Of a DNA stretch of 64,000 nucleotides, positions 10,857-23,279 are shown one piece after another. Under the pieces are notes generated by a model. The model was not told the DNA's origin. It ran no database searches and was given only the letters and a program-made list of their open reading frames with translations. A program made the position numbers and the translations under genes. How positions within the stretch are numbered: position 1 is the stretch's first letter; the number at the start of each line of letters is the position of its first letter. The stretch is from Nemertoderma westbladi (lineage: Eukaryota; Animalia; Xenacoelomorpha), in contig JAUCBJ010004524.1 of the NCBI GenBank assembly GCA_032718475.1, positions 1 through 64,000 of the forward strand. The letters run 5' to 3'.

Positions 10857-12175
10857 TGACCCGTAATATAGTGTCATTTTCTCATGACACGGACCTCCCC
10901 CCCCCCCCCCCCCCCCCGCCCCCCAAATTTTTCTACAGATCTTCATCATATTGCTTAAAATTTAAAACACAAGTTGAACTTACCGTGGTTGTTACCATGA
11001 AGCCGAAATTTTCGATTTTTTTTGCACACCTTTTCTTGCTACTTGCCTCACCGGATTTTTCAATTTCTCAGTTATTTCCATACAACAAGCCCATATTAAA
11101 TGTATATTTATTAATGTTTAAGCACCTCAGTAGACGTTATATTTCGTCTTTGGAATGTAATCTGGATATCATTAGAACCGCCTTCATCTGTAGATTTCGA
11201 ATCAGAAAACCGTTTTAAATTTAACCAAAAAGTGGCAAAGATATTCTCAAAATACAGTGCAAATTTTGAGACGTAAATCGCTATAATTCCAATTTTTTTG
11301 GTCTTCATTCTAGAATATTAATTATTATTTAGATGAGCGTTTAAAACTCTACGTTTCTTCATTATGCGTAATAAATATTCTAGAATTGAGTAAAAAAAAA
11401 CGTTAGAATTATATCGATATACGTGTGAAAATGTATATACCTTTGAATTTCGATAAAGTCTCCGGAAGTTATTGTTGAAATTTAAAACTTTTAATTAAAA
11501 TTTTTAAAAAATTTAAAACCAGCGATATAATGGGAACCTGGCTTTGCTGGGGTAACGATAATAAAAGCGCTTTGAGTATACCGAGCATAGAAAAGCGCTA
11601 TATAAACAACCAATATTATTATTATTATCAACAGAAACTTACTTTGCAAGAACGATTCAAAATATGTAACATTTTCTGAATTTCATTGCGAAACAGATGA
11701 TATATATGCGTTCAAAGAGTGCAAGACTTGTCGTTCTCTGTAGGCTATTTATTATATTTAATAAATGCAAATTCTAGAACGTGTTATTTATTTTATGAGT
11801 AGATGGGAAACAACGGTATGCCTTTACAATAACTTTATTGCCTAGCTATTCATACATAAACAAATTGTTCCAGAACATTTAGTATTTATTTAATAGAATA
11901 AATGGCCTGCAGCGATCGATACTTTTTGCACAATCTTTGAACGCCTGCCTATATCGCTATAAGTCAGCTGTTTCTTTACGAAATTGAGATATTGTTACAT
12001 ATTTGGAATCTTTTCAAGGTAAGCTTTCTACTGATATGAAATTACGACTAATGAGAAGAATGGCCAATGTGCAATTTCGCAAAAGACTGTGTTTCAAATT
12101 TTAAGCAATATGATAAAGATTTGTATAAAAAAATTGGGGGGGGGGGGGGGGGGGGGGGGTCCGTGTAATCAGAAC
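10857..12175. mobile_element. Fold-back MITE-like element (poly-C/poly-G TIR family)
   Basis: The left end acccgtaatatagtgtcattttctcatgacacggac(C)n pairs with the right end (G)ntccgtgtaatcagaa. It belongs to the same family as 24107-24407 and 54117-55010. Confidence 0.8.
11525..11630 (+). mobile_element. 3' tail of an L2-type LINE or L2-dependent SINE
   Basis: aaagcgctttgag...gaaaagcgctatataa...(ATT)n is the typical L2/SINE 3' end. It is nested in the fold-back element. Confidence 0.6.
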
Positions 12176-12186
12176 TGTAAACTTAC

Positions 12187-12347
12187 CTATCCAAGGCCAT
12201 CCCCATAACGGTTGCAGCATTGTTAGCTATAAAGAAACGACTACCAAACCACATGAGCTTGCATGTAATCAACCCAAAGATATTGTCAGCAAGAAGCCAC
12301 AATTCTACCGAAAATTGTAGTCCTTCGAGTGGGTTGTATAACAAAGC
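12187..12347 (-). CDS. Class A GPCR, exon 2 (end of TM2, ECL1, TM3 up to DR of DRY)
   Basis: The exon is bounded by a ctttttag acceptor and a gtaagt donor. Its 161 nt read in phase 0 as ALLYNPLEGLQFSVELWLLADNIFGLITCKLMWFGSRFFIANNAATVMGMALD(R), in frame with exon 1. It has the conserved Cys3.25 and a phase-2 intron within the DRY arginine. It is not in the ORF track. Confidence 0.92.
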
Positions 12348-13334
12348 CTAAAAAGAAGATAAATTATATAAAATTCACTTTATTTACCAGCGGAATACAT
12401 TCAATATTATATAACATAGCCAACTGCAGGTCAAATCCTGGTACACTGCTTCTGCTACCAGAATGATACCACCAATGTGCATACTGCATAGTGTTGCATA
12501 GCCAGGTCTACAATGAATGTAAACAAACATATTGGCTAAAATGAAACGGAATGTAAAGTATTTTCGGTAACAACTACATATTAACGAAACGACAATATTC
12601 CATTGGCAAGTAAAGTAGTATAGGGTAAAATTCTACCAAACTGCGGACATCAGCGGTATCAGTATTTTATACTGAATTTTAATTTATGCAGACCGTTTAA
12701 TTCCAGCCTGTAAATGTTTGATGTTGATCATATTGGTACCGCTCCCTAGTGATTTGAACCGACATTGTTTCCGTGATCGCCAGCATTGTGCAGTACTGTG
12801 CGGTAGATTATTTTATCTTTGAGTTTCCCTACCACATTCAAAATCGAACAGAGCCAAAAAAGAAAGAGAGAACACAGCAAATAACCATTTGCGGTTCTGG
12901 ATTTTGTTTTGGTACCTGCACAACCCCCATTATGATTTTCTACAAAAATCATAATGAGATTATTGCATGAAATTTGAAACAGAAATAGTTTCACCTCCCT
13001 CCTCCTTAGTTGGTGAGTCAGAATTTTTATTTACATTATCATTCTATAGCTATGTATATATGTATGTTTTTATTGACTATATAGATATATGTACATGAAC
13101 ATAAACATAAACATTTAGATGAAAAGCAGTCCAAAGAAAATAATACGTAGGGATAAGCCATTTACAAACAGGTATAAACATATGTACATCAAGATAAATG
13201 TATTGAGCATTGATCAAGCATGAACTGAAGAATATACGATTGAGTGAAGTAATGGAATACAAAGTAGTACAAAAAAGTTTAATTATGTATACAAAAAGAT
13301 AATGGACTGGACAAAATGTCAGAAAGAACTGACT

Positions 13335-13760
13335 GAATTTTCCCAAAAGTTAAGTGCAGTTCTAGAATCGTGTAATGAGTGGTTGGTTGATAATAAGCTA
13401 TCCATTCACTACGGTAAGACTGAAAGTATTTTGTTTGGTTCGAAAAGAAAGTTAAAGAAGATAACTAAGTTTGAAGTCACTAGTAATGGACATAAGATTG
13501 AAAATTACTAAAACAGAAATTCAACAGAGTACGCGATACACACTCTTACAGTACCAGAGCTAGTGCTTCAAACTTCTACCTCCCGAATTGTAAATCCTTC
13601 GAATCTGATACTTTCTTTTTTAACGGTGTTAAAAATTGGAACGCTCTGCCTAATGAAATTAAAAACCTAGATAATCAACATTCTTTTAAATCTGCAGTTA
13701 AATCTCACCTCCGTGTGCAATGTAAAAATAGGTACAATAGTCCTACAGTAAGTTATTAGT
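13335..13760 (+). mobile_element. CR1/L2-group LINE 3' fragment
   Basis: It reads LESCNEWLVDNKLSIHYGKTESILFGSKRKL and later NGVKNWNALPNEIK..SFKSAVKSHL, with an internal deletion between them. Confidence 0.8.
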
Positions 13761-13794
13761 TTATTAATTATTTACTATTTATACTGTAATTACT

Positions 13795-14025
13795 ACCTTC
13801 GCGTAGCAAGCAGATAGGAGTAGCGCCCACCCCTACCCTCGGGAAGTAGATAGGAGTAGCGCCCACCCCTATCTTTGGGTAGCAGATAGGAGTAGCGCCC
13901 ACCCCTATCTTTGGGTAGCAGATATGAGTAGCGCCCACCCCTATCTTCGGGTAGCAGTTAGGAGTAGCGCCCACCCCTACCTTCGTGTAGCAGATAGGAG
14001 TAGCGCCCACTCGTTGAGTAGCCCC
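13795..14025. repeat. 39-bp minisatellite, about 5-6 copies
   Basis: The unit is gcagataggagtagcgcccacccctatctttgggta-like. Confidence 0.9.
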
Positions 14026-14454
14026 CCCGCCCCCCCCCCCCCTCCCCCCCACCTTATAATATTAGCTGACATGCCAGTCGTATGCAAAATAATTTTAGTG
14101 TAAATCAACCTGGTGTGAGATGAAAATTAATGAATTAAGTTGAAACGCATTGTAGATTATTGATTAAACTGCACTTTTATTTATTAAATTTCCGTGATTA
14201 TATTATTCTGTTAATTTTTGCGGGTACGTCTCATGTCGGACATTTGAATAACAAAATTCTTTGAGACAGTGCTTTAGAAACGACCAACTAAATTCCCTAC
14301 ATGTTGATGTTAATTTGCGCAGATTTCTGGCGTATCTGTCCGGTTCTTTAGTGGCAAGATGATCTCAATTATATTAGTAAATTGTTTCTTAGAATTGGCA
14401 TCTCTGAACACCTTATACTTGAAAGAATTATAATCATTTGTTATGATTGGGAGA

Positions 14455-14704
14455 ATCTTTTAGGCTCGTTAAGCCAAGGAATGCCTGTTCACCACCATGG
14501 GTGATCTTCCACAGTAAACCCTTCCACTCTGTTTTCCAAGTTGCCTTGGTTCCCATTTATAGACCACTGAAGGATGAAAGTCGGGGTTGGGCTAGGCTGC
14601 AGCATTTAAAGCATTGTGCCCAAACAGTGCTGCCCCATCTAGGGATCGAACCCGGGCTCCCTAATCGGAAGCACAGTAATGTCACCACTAGACCAAGCTG
14701 CTGC
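14455..14704 (-). mobile_element. tRNA-derived SINE with a conserved central domain (MetaSINE-like)
   Basis: The minus strand has an A box TGGTCTAGTGG and a B box GGTTCGATCCC, followed by CTTTCATCCTTCAGTGGTCTATAAATGGGAACC, which resembles the Meta-domain consensus. Confidence 0.75.
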
Positions 14705-15972
14705 TTGGTAATCATTTGTTATAGTATATGCATTCCAATGAATGGAGACAAATGCAAAATGGTTAAATGCACTATTAGATTTTCTATCTATTTCGCTAGA
14801 GGTCCTCCATGTGGTGAGGAACCTTGAAACATTGCCCAGAAAATTAGTCGAATTATTAGTCGAATATATTGGATATTTGGAGAGATCGCGTTTCCGTGAA
14901 CCTGCTGTTGTTGTTTCAACATTCACTATATTCCAATACTTCACAATGAATGATACGAAATCTGCAGTAACTTTTTACATTGTGTTGTTATTGGCAAAGC
15001 TAAATATAATTTAAAAAAATACTAGCTAGTACAAAAATACTATCTACCATGTCTCCAAAACGTAACTGTTTTATGTAAAAAAATTCTATTAGTAAAGAAA
15101 AAAATGATATTTAGAATTTTGAAAAATAGCCATTTTTTATAGAAATGTTCTAGAACAAAAAATATTTGTTCTAGAACAAAAAATATTTGTTCTAGAACAA
15201 AGTTTTTTCAGTTAAATAGCTAACAAATTCTAGAACATTTATAAAAAGTAGCAAAAACCAGCTAGTATAAAAAATTTGGCATGGTAGGTATAGGTAGGTA
15301 CGCCTATCGAAACAGTAGCCACTGTACAGTATATCGTATATACTGAACTGAACTATATGTCATGTCGCATAGGCCTACACACACTCACATTATTATGTAG
15401 CTGCACTATGTGAGGAAATACAATAAAATAAATAGCTAAATATTATGGAATTCGAATATTATGGTTGCTTTTTTTGTCTACTGTACTCATTTACTTCATC
15501 AATACATGTCATGTTGTCAATAATACTCATCAATACATGTATAAAATATGAAACAATAATAATTGATTTAAGCAAACGTCTTATGATGCAGGCCTACAAA
15601 AAGATAAAAAATAATTATGACCTATATAATAATCATTAAAAACGTGTATATCATGTTATGTTTACAATTATTACTATTGGCAGTAATTAATTAATAAGTA
15701 GGCCTCAACTGGTATATTTATTTTGCCTATAGCTACCTAGTTTCCATCATTGGATTTATTTGTTTGGTTTTTTGGTTAGGGTTAGTTGGTCAGGCCCAAA
15801 CCCCGCCCATGTGAAGAATACCAGGATTTCACTTTGCGGTCGTCTTTTTATTGGAATTTTATATATGAAGATTTTTATTTTTTTAATTTATCTTTATTGA
15901 GTGTTATATAGCGCTTATTTCTGTCTTATAACCTGTACCGGTACATATAATAATTTGTTTATTGTTTTGGTT

Positions 15973-16410
15973 AGATTCTGTTACCTGTGTTTCTGGTATT
16001 CTTCACATGGGGGTAACTGCAAAGTCAAATATAACGGCAGAAAGTCTGGTGTTCTTCATATGGGCCTCAAACCAATGCAAGGGTCCAAAATTCCACAAAA
16101 CTTCTTAGATTAGAGCCTTATGACTTAGGGTTAGAGTTACATGACAGTTTTAATTAGGGTTTCGGGCCGCCATTTCACTTTGAACTAGGGTTTGATTCTG
16201 TAACCTGTGTTTCTGGTATTCTTCACATGGGGGTAACTACAAATTGAAATATAACGGCAGAAAGTCTGGTGTTCTTCATATGGGCCTCAAACCAATGCAA
16301 GGGTCCAAAATTTCACAAAATTTCTTAGATTAGAGCCTTTTATGACTTAGGGTTGGAGTTACATGACAGTTTTAATTAGGGTTTCGTGCCGCCATTTCAC
16401 TTTGAATTAG
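15973..16410. repeat. Tandem duplication, 2 x ~220 bp
   Basis: gattctg(t)tacctgtgtttctggtattc...catttcactttgaa occurs twice with few differences. Confidence 0.9.
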
Positions 16411-18559
16411 TGTGAAAATGCTCCGGGGGGGGGGGGGGGGGGGCATTTGGCGCTAGGCGAAAATGCCCGATGGGGCATTCCGAACGGGGGAAAATTTTCG
16501 CCTGTGACACCGGTATGGTGGTACTACACATTGACTAGGTCTACATAAAAAATGAATTACAATGATGGCAACAGTCTGACAAGCATTATTTTCTTCTTTC
16601 GAAATGGAACTCGAAGAAAATGGGACTAAAGGGAACTAAGGGGTATCGGGGTATAGTCGATAGCGGGCCGGATGATAGTCTCACTTCCATTATTATACCA
16701 GTGTATTACAGCTAATATACCTTGGCGGTGTGCATATTACCAATTGGGGTGTCGTTTCAGCCTATTTTAACATATTAACTTAATTTCGCGAATATTTAAT
16801 TTCGATATTCACCATTTAAGGTACCTGAAAGTAACAGGTTATAATGCCAGGCTTTTCTAACCAAAACAATGAACTAAATTTAGGAACACAGTTTACTGTA
16901 TAATTGTTACTTCTAGGCACGTTGAGTGAAGGTGTATTAATTATAATATTATAGTATTAAAGCGTATTAAATCCGGTGATGTCAATATGACGCTACCCTG
17001 GATTTTTTATTATGTTTCTGAAACAAACTGAGTTAGGTATCTGAACTTTTTGTATCACCAATGTATCACCAATGTTACTCTTGGTAATACTTTTGAAACG
17101 TTTTTTTGATAATTATCCTAACGATATTCCTGGTATATCGACAGTTAAAATGACCATGTTCTGGAATAAATATATTTTGTTTCATGTGAATCAATTTAAA
17201 ATAAATTTTGTTTAATGAGAATATTTTTGTAACGAATTTTGTTTCATATCAAATAATCCGTCATGAGATGTATTTATATTTCACTTGCTTGATGAAATTA
17301 ATGAGATATAAAAATTAATTATTTATGATTTCTCAAGGTTTTACTGTGATTAATAATTTATATTTCCTCATATCGTATAGTATCATAAGGAAACGATCTG
17401 TCAATCTGAAACAGTATTCAGGAATAAAAACTTCGGGAGTTCGCCAATTCTGCAAGAACACGCGTGACGTGACCTCCGTCAGCATAGAGGAACTCATATA
17501 TAAAAGTCGTAGGTTGAGGGTCGAGGAAGGATGACGGGCTTTGATTCGGTGACGGGAGCCCATCCGCATCCGGATAGCCGTTCCGCTTCGGAATCCGCAA
17601 TATAATTCCGAAAAATCATTCCAATGTATTTCTAGATATGGGATTCTTTTATTCACGCAGGGACAAAAAGTGCAACCTTAAATTTAGGGGTTGCTTCTTG
17701 GTTGAAATTTAACCTAAAAGAGCGGGTTCGGATAGCAAGGCAATACATATACAAATCGTATTATTTCTAAAAATTCACCAAGAGGAAAACTACGCATGTA
17801 ATTTATTAATATAATAAAATGACGGCAACAAATGCAAAATACAAAGGGCCGCTCCAACATGCATCACGCAGCATTACATTCATTGTAATTGCAATACAAT
17901 TATACGCTAATTGTTTTTATGAACATATATGCCATATATATTATATAGGCCATATAATATACATCGATCTGATAAACAATTATAGGCGTGTTCAGTAGAT
18001 TCAGTTTGTATTCGGAGGTATTTGCCATACTGTAAAAGAATTGTGTTGTTCTGATTCTGATGTCTGATTACCAGCAAAATGCAAATGATATATCTCTATC
18101 CCAATAGTTTAATGTTGTTACAATAATTTAGGAATCATGCCAAGTTAATCTGTAGTAAATCCTTCCATTGTTTGGGGTGACAACCGTGGGTTTATTAGAC
18201 CGCCATGCCAACAAGGGAAACTTCCTTCTAACAGGTGAAACTTACATAATCCTGCCATACTATAATTATTATCTTATTGCAGTTTTAATAATAATAAGTG
18301 AATTGTTGTTTGGTGAGTGACTGTGAATTAAATATATAATGTAATAGGACAATATGATAATTGCAGTTTTACTGCTCAGCATTATGTACATTGTATAATC
18401 AGTATGATATGTATAAAGTGCACCATGTCTGCAATAGCACTTGACCAATAAAAAGGGGCGGACCATGCAGGCAGACTCTGCATGGTTCGTCCCTTTTTAT
18501 TGGCCAAGTACCAGACTGCTTGATCTTGTACGTCAGTACCATGTTGTAAATAGGCCGCA

Positions 18560-20340
18560 TAGTTATTGTTTATATGACATTTATTCGACAGTGAAACATA
18601 ATAGGAATGGGGTATATTATATATTCACTAGTGCGAGAGATTCGTATTCAACTGTCAACATATAAACTAGAGGTGTTTTCAAGGTCGCTGATCACGATAG
18701 AACTTAATAAAATTATTTTATGGTAGTGTAACCATATAATAAATTATCAATTTGTGCTACTTGTATTTTCCTTCCACATTAGCACATATTAAAAAATGGC
18801 ATACTACTAGGATCGGCATGCTACATTGCAGGTGCATTTTTAAGAATACTGTGCCGGCTTGTCGACAAAATTTCGCCGCCACAACTCCCTATCACCCATG
18901 ACATTTGTTGGATTCATAGATTCATCCGTCTTCAAGGCCAGTGTCCTTTAAGAAAGTAATGGGCTTTCCACCATGCTTATTCACTCCATGAGGCTGCCAA
19001 AGCACAAGATTATGCACTGGCTGGTCCTCACGGCGAAAGCAATGTCCTGCAAAGCGAAGGCGGCTTTCTTCTAGTGTGAGGCTTGGGGGAACATTGAGAC
19101 ACTTCCAATGTTATATAGTGTCTGGTTGGATATGTGTGCATTGTACTTGACACAGTGAACCCGGCATAGCATTCTTGTGATTGTGCCATCCAAAGATTTA
19201 GTGTCCTGAGCAGTTATGGGACCAGCATGGACTCCCATAGAGGAGTACTGGAACTACTGTTGCTCTAAATAATTGGACCTTATGTTTCCGATTAATTCTA
19301 TGTGACTTCCAAATCCTAGAAAGCCTATTCAAGGCTGCCCGTGCCTTTCCCTTACGTATTCGAAGGTCCTCATCTGACTTCCGGATCCATGTTCCCAGGT
19401 AACAGAAGTCGTCCACATGCTCAAGCATACCATCCTTTGAGCTTATGCTCATCCGGTCAGAGACTTGCTGAGGACTTTCAAAGTTAAGTGTCAAAATTTT
19501 GATCTTTCTGGAGTTAATAAAAAGACCATCACTAAAAGCAGCCTGCTCTAATGAGCTGAGGAGCCGTTGGGCTCCCTCTAGTGATTCTGAGTGTACTCCT
19601 AAGTCATCTGCAAAGTATGATCTATACTTGTCAGGATTTCCTCGACTTCTGGAGCCAGTAGGTGGTTACCATCACCCCATCATCATTATGATTATCCAAG
19701 GACATGCGTAGAACATAGTCAACCACAATTATGAACAATTACTAAAATGGCATAATCAATCAGAAACGACATTTTTGAGTTACTACTTCAGTTATATTAA
19801 TTCAGCTACATTGCCATAAAATCATGTTGATTTGTTAATGATTTATGATTATCAAATACTATAATAATATTATTTCTCATGCCACTTTGGCACATGTCCA
19901 AAAATGTCACAATGAAACGGATACGATATTTTTGAGCGTCATATTCATGATCAACTTCCCAGAAAACTCACATTGTCTTAAAATCAGGTTGATTTGGTAA
20001 TTATTTTTTATTATCAAATTTGTGAAACTATTTTTTTTATTGCTATTTTTCGTGAGACACATTGACACTTACCGAAAAATGCCTAAATCAATAAGGTGCG
20101 ATATATTTCAGTGTCATAGTCATGATCAGCATCCTAAAAACCCATTATGTCATAAAATCAGTTTGATTGGTGGTATTTTTCATTATCATATTTGCACATT
20201 GGTTATTTGCACCCGAAGGGGCACATTCAAAAATACCAGATCAAAACAGCTCATCTCGTGATCAGTACTGAAAAGAACGTTTATGTACTGTACCTCAAAA
20301 GAAACCAAAGTAACGAAATCTCGGATTTCCCTAACAAAGG
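18560..20340. mobile_element. Old non-autonomous DNA element related to 34445-37352, host of the RTE insertion
   Basis: It shares the motifs ttttcaaggtcgctgatcacga and tatttttgag(c/t)gtcatattc(a/g)tgatca..cagaaaa with 36370-37160. Boundaries are approximate. Confidence 0.55.
18804..19743 (-). mobile_element. 5'-truncated RTE-type LINE copy with target-site duplication
   Basis: It is highly similar to 49435-50423 (DFCYLG.WI, LLYGSPCW) and shares the same 3' end gcatgccgatcctagtag. It is flanked by an 11-bp direct repeat AAAATGGCATA (18793-18803 and 19744-19754). Confidence 0.9.
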
Positions 20341-20802
20341 ACATTCTAGGCGCTTTGGTACAAACAAATACATTATGAATATTAATATAAAATATAGAAT
20401 ATACCTGCAGACTAATAATAACATGATTGAATAAAAACTGACTTATAATTTACATATTTAATAAATGCACTAGATTTGCAGTAAAAATATGTACTTCATA
20501 ATCATATCGTTGAGTAATGTAGATTTAGTATATACCCGTTTATGAGCATTAAAAACATACATGAAAATATAAAAACAGTTTAGCAATAAATCCATGGTTA
20601 AAAATCAATAATACAAGAAATAATATCAATATTAAGTAAATAACATACATATATATATATGATACAAAAATAAAACAATTCAAACGGCAGTTTCAATTTT
20701 CCTTAATAATAAATTTTACAAATAATTTACCAAAATGCAAAACAAATAAAAATTAGAAATAAAATGAAATAAAATCAAATCAAAGGCAATATAATAAATA
20801 CT

Positions 20803-21387
20803 AACTGAAAGCTTCAATTAAATAAGCAGTTTTTACCACACGTTAGAAGGACAATAAACAAACTGAAAGCTTCAATTAAATAAGCAGTTTTTACCACACG
20901 TTAGAAGGACAATAAACAAACTGAAAGCTTCAATTAAATAAGCAGTTTTTACCACACGTTAGAAGGACAATAAACAAACTGAAAGCTTCAATTAAATAAG
21001 CAGTTTTTACCACACGTTAGAAGGACAATAAACAAACTGAAAGCTTCAATTAAATAAGCAGTTTTTACCACACGTTAGAAGGACAATAAACAAACTGAAA
21101 GCTTCAATTAAATAAGCAGTTTTTACCACACGTTAGAAGGACAATAAACAAACTGAAAGCTTCAATTAAATAAGCAGTTTTTACCACACGTTAGAAGGAC
21201 AATAAACAAACTGAAAGCTTCAATTAAATAAGCAGTTTTTACCACACGTTAGAAGGACAATAAACAAACTGAAAGCTTCAATTAAATAAGCAGTTTTTAC
21301 CACACGTTAGAAGGACAATAAACAAACTGAAAGCTTCAATTAAATAAGCAGTTTTTACCACACGTTAGAAGGACAATAAACAAACTG
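20803..21387. repeat. Perfect 58-bp tandem repeat x10
   Basis: The unit is aactgaaagcttcaattaaataagcagtttttaccacacgttagaaggacaataaaca. The copies are contiguous, with no spacers. Confidence 0.97.
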
Positions 21388-21546
21388 GAACTAAATTTCT
21401 GATTCCATTACAAAATGGGACTTAGATATCTGAATTAACTCGTCTGCTAAAAATTATTTGAATTTCAACTGTTTGATGTCGCACATGCAAAGTGAAGGTA
21501 CTAATAATCTTATACGTAATATTCAAATTAAAGTAAGTGCACTAAC

Positions 21547-21834
21547 CTGAAGAATATCTGATACAGATAGACTAGCAATCAGCATATTGGGCGTGGACAA
21601 TCGGGCTCTTCCTCTATCACATAGTATTGCATATAGTACAGCTGCATTTCCCATCACTGACAACAAGGTAAGAATCGCCAAAAGAGCAGTCAATGCTATC
21701 TCTTGTGATGTCCAGGTTGCAGCTTGGCTATTATGAAAGTCTTCAATGTCAGAGATAGAAGAACTGTTGCAAATTTCCATCTTTTTTTCTAAAGTCTTTG
21801 TTGATACATTTATATTAATATCAGTGTAGCCCAT
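21547..21834 (-). CDS. Class A GPCR, coding exon 1 (N-terminus, TM1, ICL1, most of TM2)
   Basis: It has N-glycosylation sequons NVS and NSS, TM1 ending in GNxxV, and TM2 NMLIASLSVSD (D2.50). The CAG|gttagt donor gives 96 codons in phase 0, matching exon 2. The start could be either Met. Confidence 0.92.
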
Positions 21835-22174
21835 GTTGAATGAAATATAATTAAATTATAAATTAATTTCATAAATATAATAAGTATCATAACTCTATGA
21901 TAATAAAAGTAATGTAAATTATTACTTTGATTATTAATTACTTTATATTATTAATTTGAAGTTAATTGGTTAAAACTTTGGGAACATGTTATATATCGTT
22001 AATAAGTTAGTTGATGGTGGAATTATGTAAAATTACCAAGTTTATATCTATTCTTTATTCTAAGATCAATTTTCATATAACGTGATGGTAATATTGTATC
22101 AGACATTCCACACTGTCAGGTTCTCATTCATCTCCCTGGGTTTCCTTTTTTTCCTTTTTTTTTTAAGAACTATA

Positions 22175-22538
22175 ACGGGGGTAGGTGGAAAAATTTCATT
22201 ATGCATTATGCTAATTAGTCGGGGTGGCTGGAGTAGGCGTGGTGGATGGAAAATTTTGAAAACTTAGTCCTACTTACTTACTAAACATACAGTATAGGCG
22301 TACAAGTACAGTAGTACCAACGGCTACCGGTGGTATACTCGGTACAAGGTTTTTGTTTTCTTTCACTTTCAACTCTCAATTATTATGAGAACAAACGTTT
22401 ATTTACTCATAATAAAAAATGTACTAAGTTTTTTAGAAAAAAATAATAGTCGGGGTGTCTGGAATAAGATATTTCTGGGTGGATTTTTTTTCAAAAATTA
22501 ATAGACGTGTCGCCCCGTGTATTCGTGACTCCAGAGTA
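22175..22538. mobile_element. Degraded MITE-like fragment
   Basis: It has repeated aatagtcggggt/aataag..ggtgga subterminal motifs and ends attcgtgactccagagta. Confidence 0.35.
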
Positions 22539-23279
22539 ATTTAGTTTACCAGTGCAGTAGTTGAAAAGGTTTAGTTCAGAAATTAGGAGGAATGGAATAC
22601 TTTGTCAGTTAATTAATTTCAAATTTCAAAATAGGTACAGGTGGCATTGAATAATTATGTTACATCCTTTGTGGATAGATATCCTATATTAACCCAGTTT
22701 GGTTTCAGATAAGTTAGGAAAAGAAGATGCATTATCAATAATATATTTTAATCAATCATTTTATTTAAATGATGACTCTGGTGTATATCTATCATTCTGT
22801 ATGCTCGTTAATCAACATGTTGGCACAATGGCATTTAGAGTCGGGCACATATGGTGTAGGGTAAGGTATGAACGACTCATTCAAACATCCTTTACATTCT
22901 CAACATCAAACATTCACACATCCTCAAAGGATGCGAAAAGAGTTAGTTTACACCAACAATTTTTGAATTTCGTCAAAGATTTCCCGAGTTATAAGCATAA
23001 ACGAAAGTGCGCAAACATGATGGTCCACAATTTTATTTTTAAAATTTCTATAACATTGCAATTTTTTAATAACGCTTGTAAGGAATTTGATGGTATTTCA
23101 ATTTTTATATTAAACGCAATATCCTGAATCTCACTAGCATACTTTAGAGTCTCCAATGCCAATACCTTTTCTAGAATAAATTGAATTTAATTAATTACAA
23201 TTATCGTAATTTCTTCTTACTCGTTGTCTATAAATTGATTAAATTCCATGTCCTGGAATATAGTATCGTTATTCAGGTA

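Noticed and set aside
13768-14052. GVGATPICYPK repeat protein
   Set aside because: It is an in-frame translation of a 39-bp minisatellite next to a poly-C tract, with no splice or homology support.
14620-14704. tRNA gene
   Set aside because: A and B boxes are present, but no convincing cloverleaf forms and the sequence continues into a SINE body.
20803-21387. CRISPR-like regular array
   Set aside because: The units are contiguous and identical with no unique spacers, there are no cas genes, and the context is eukaryotic.
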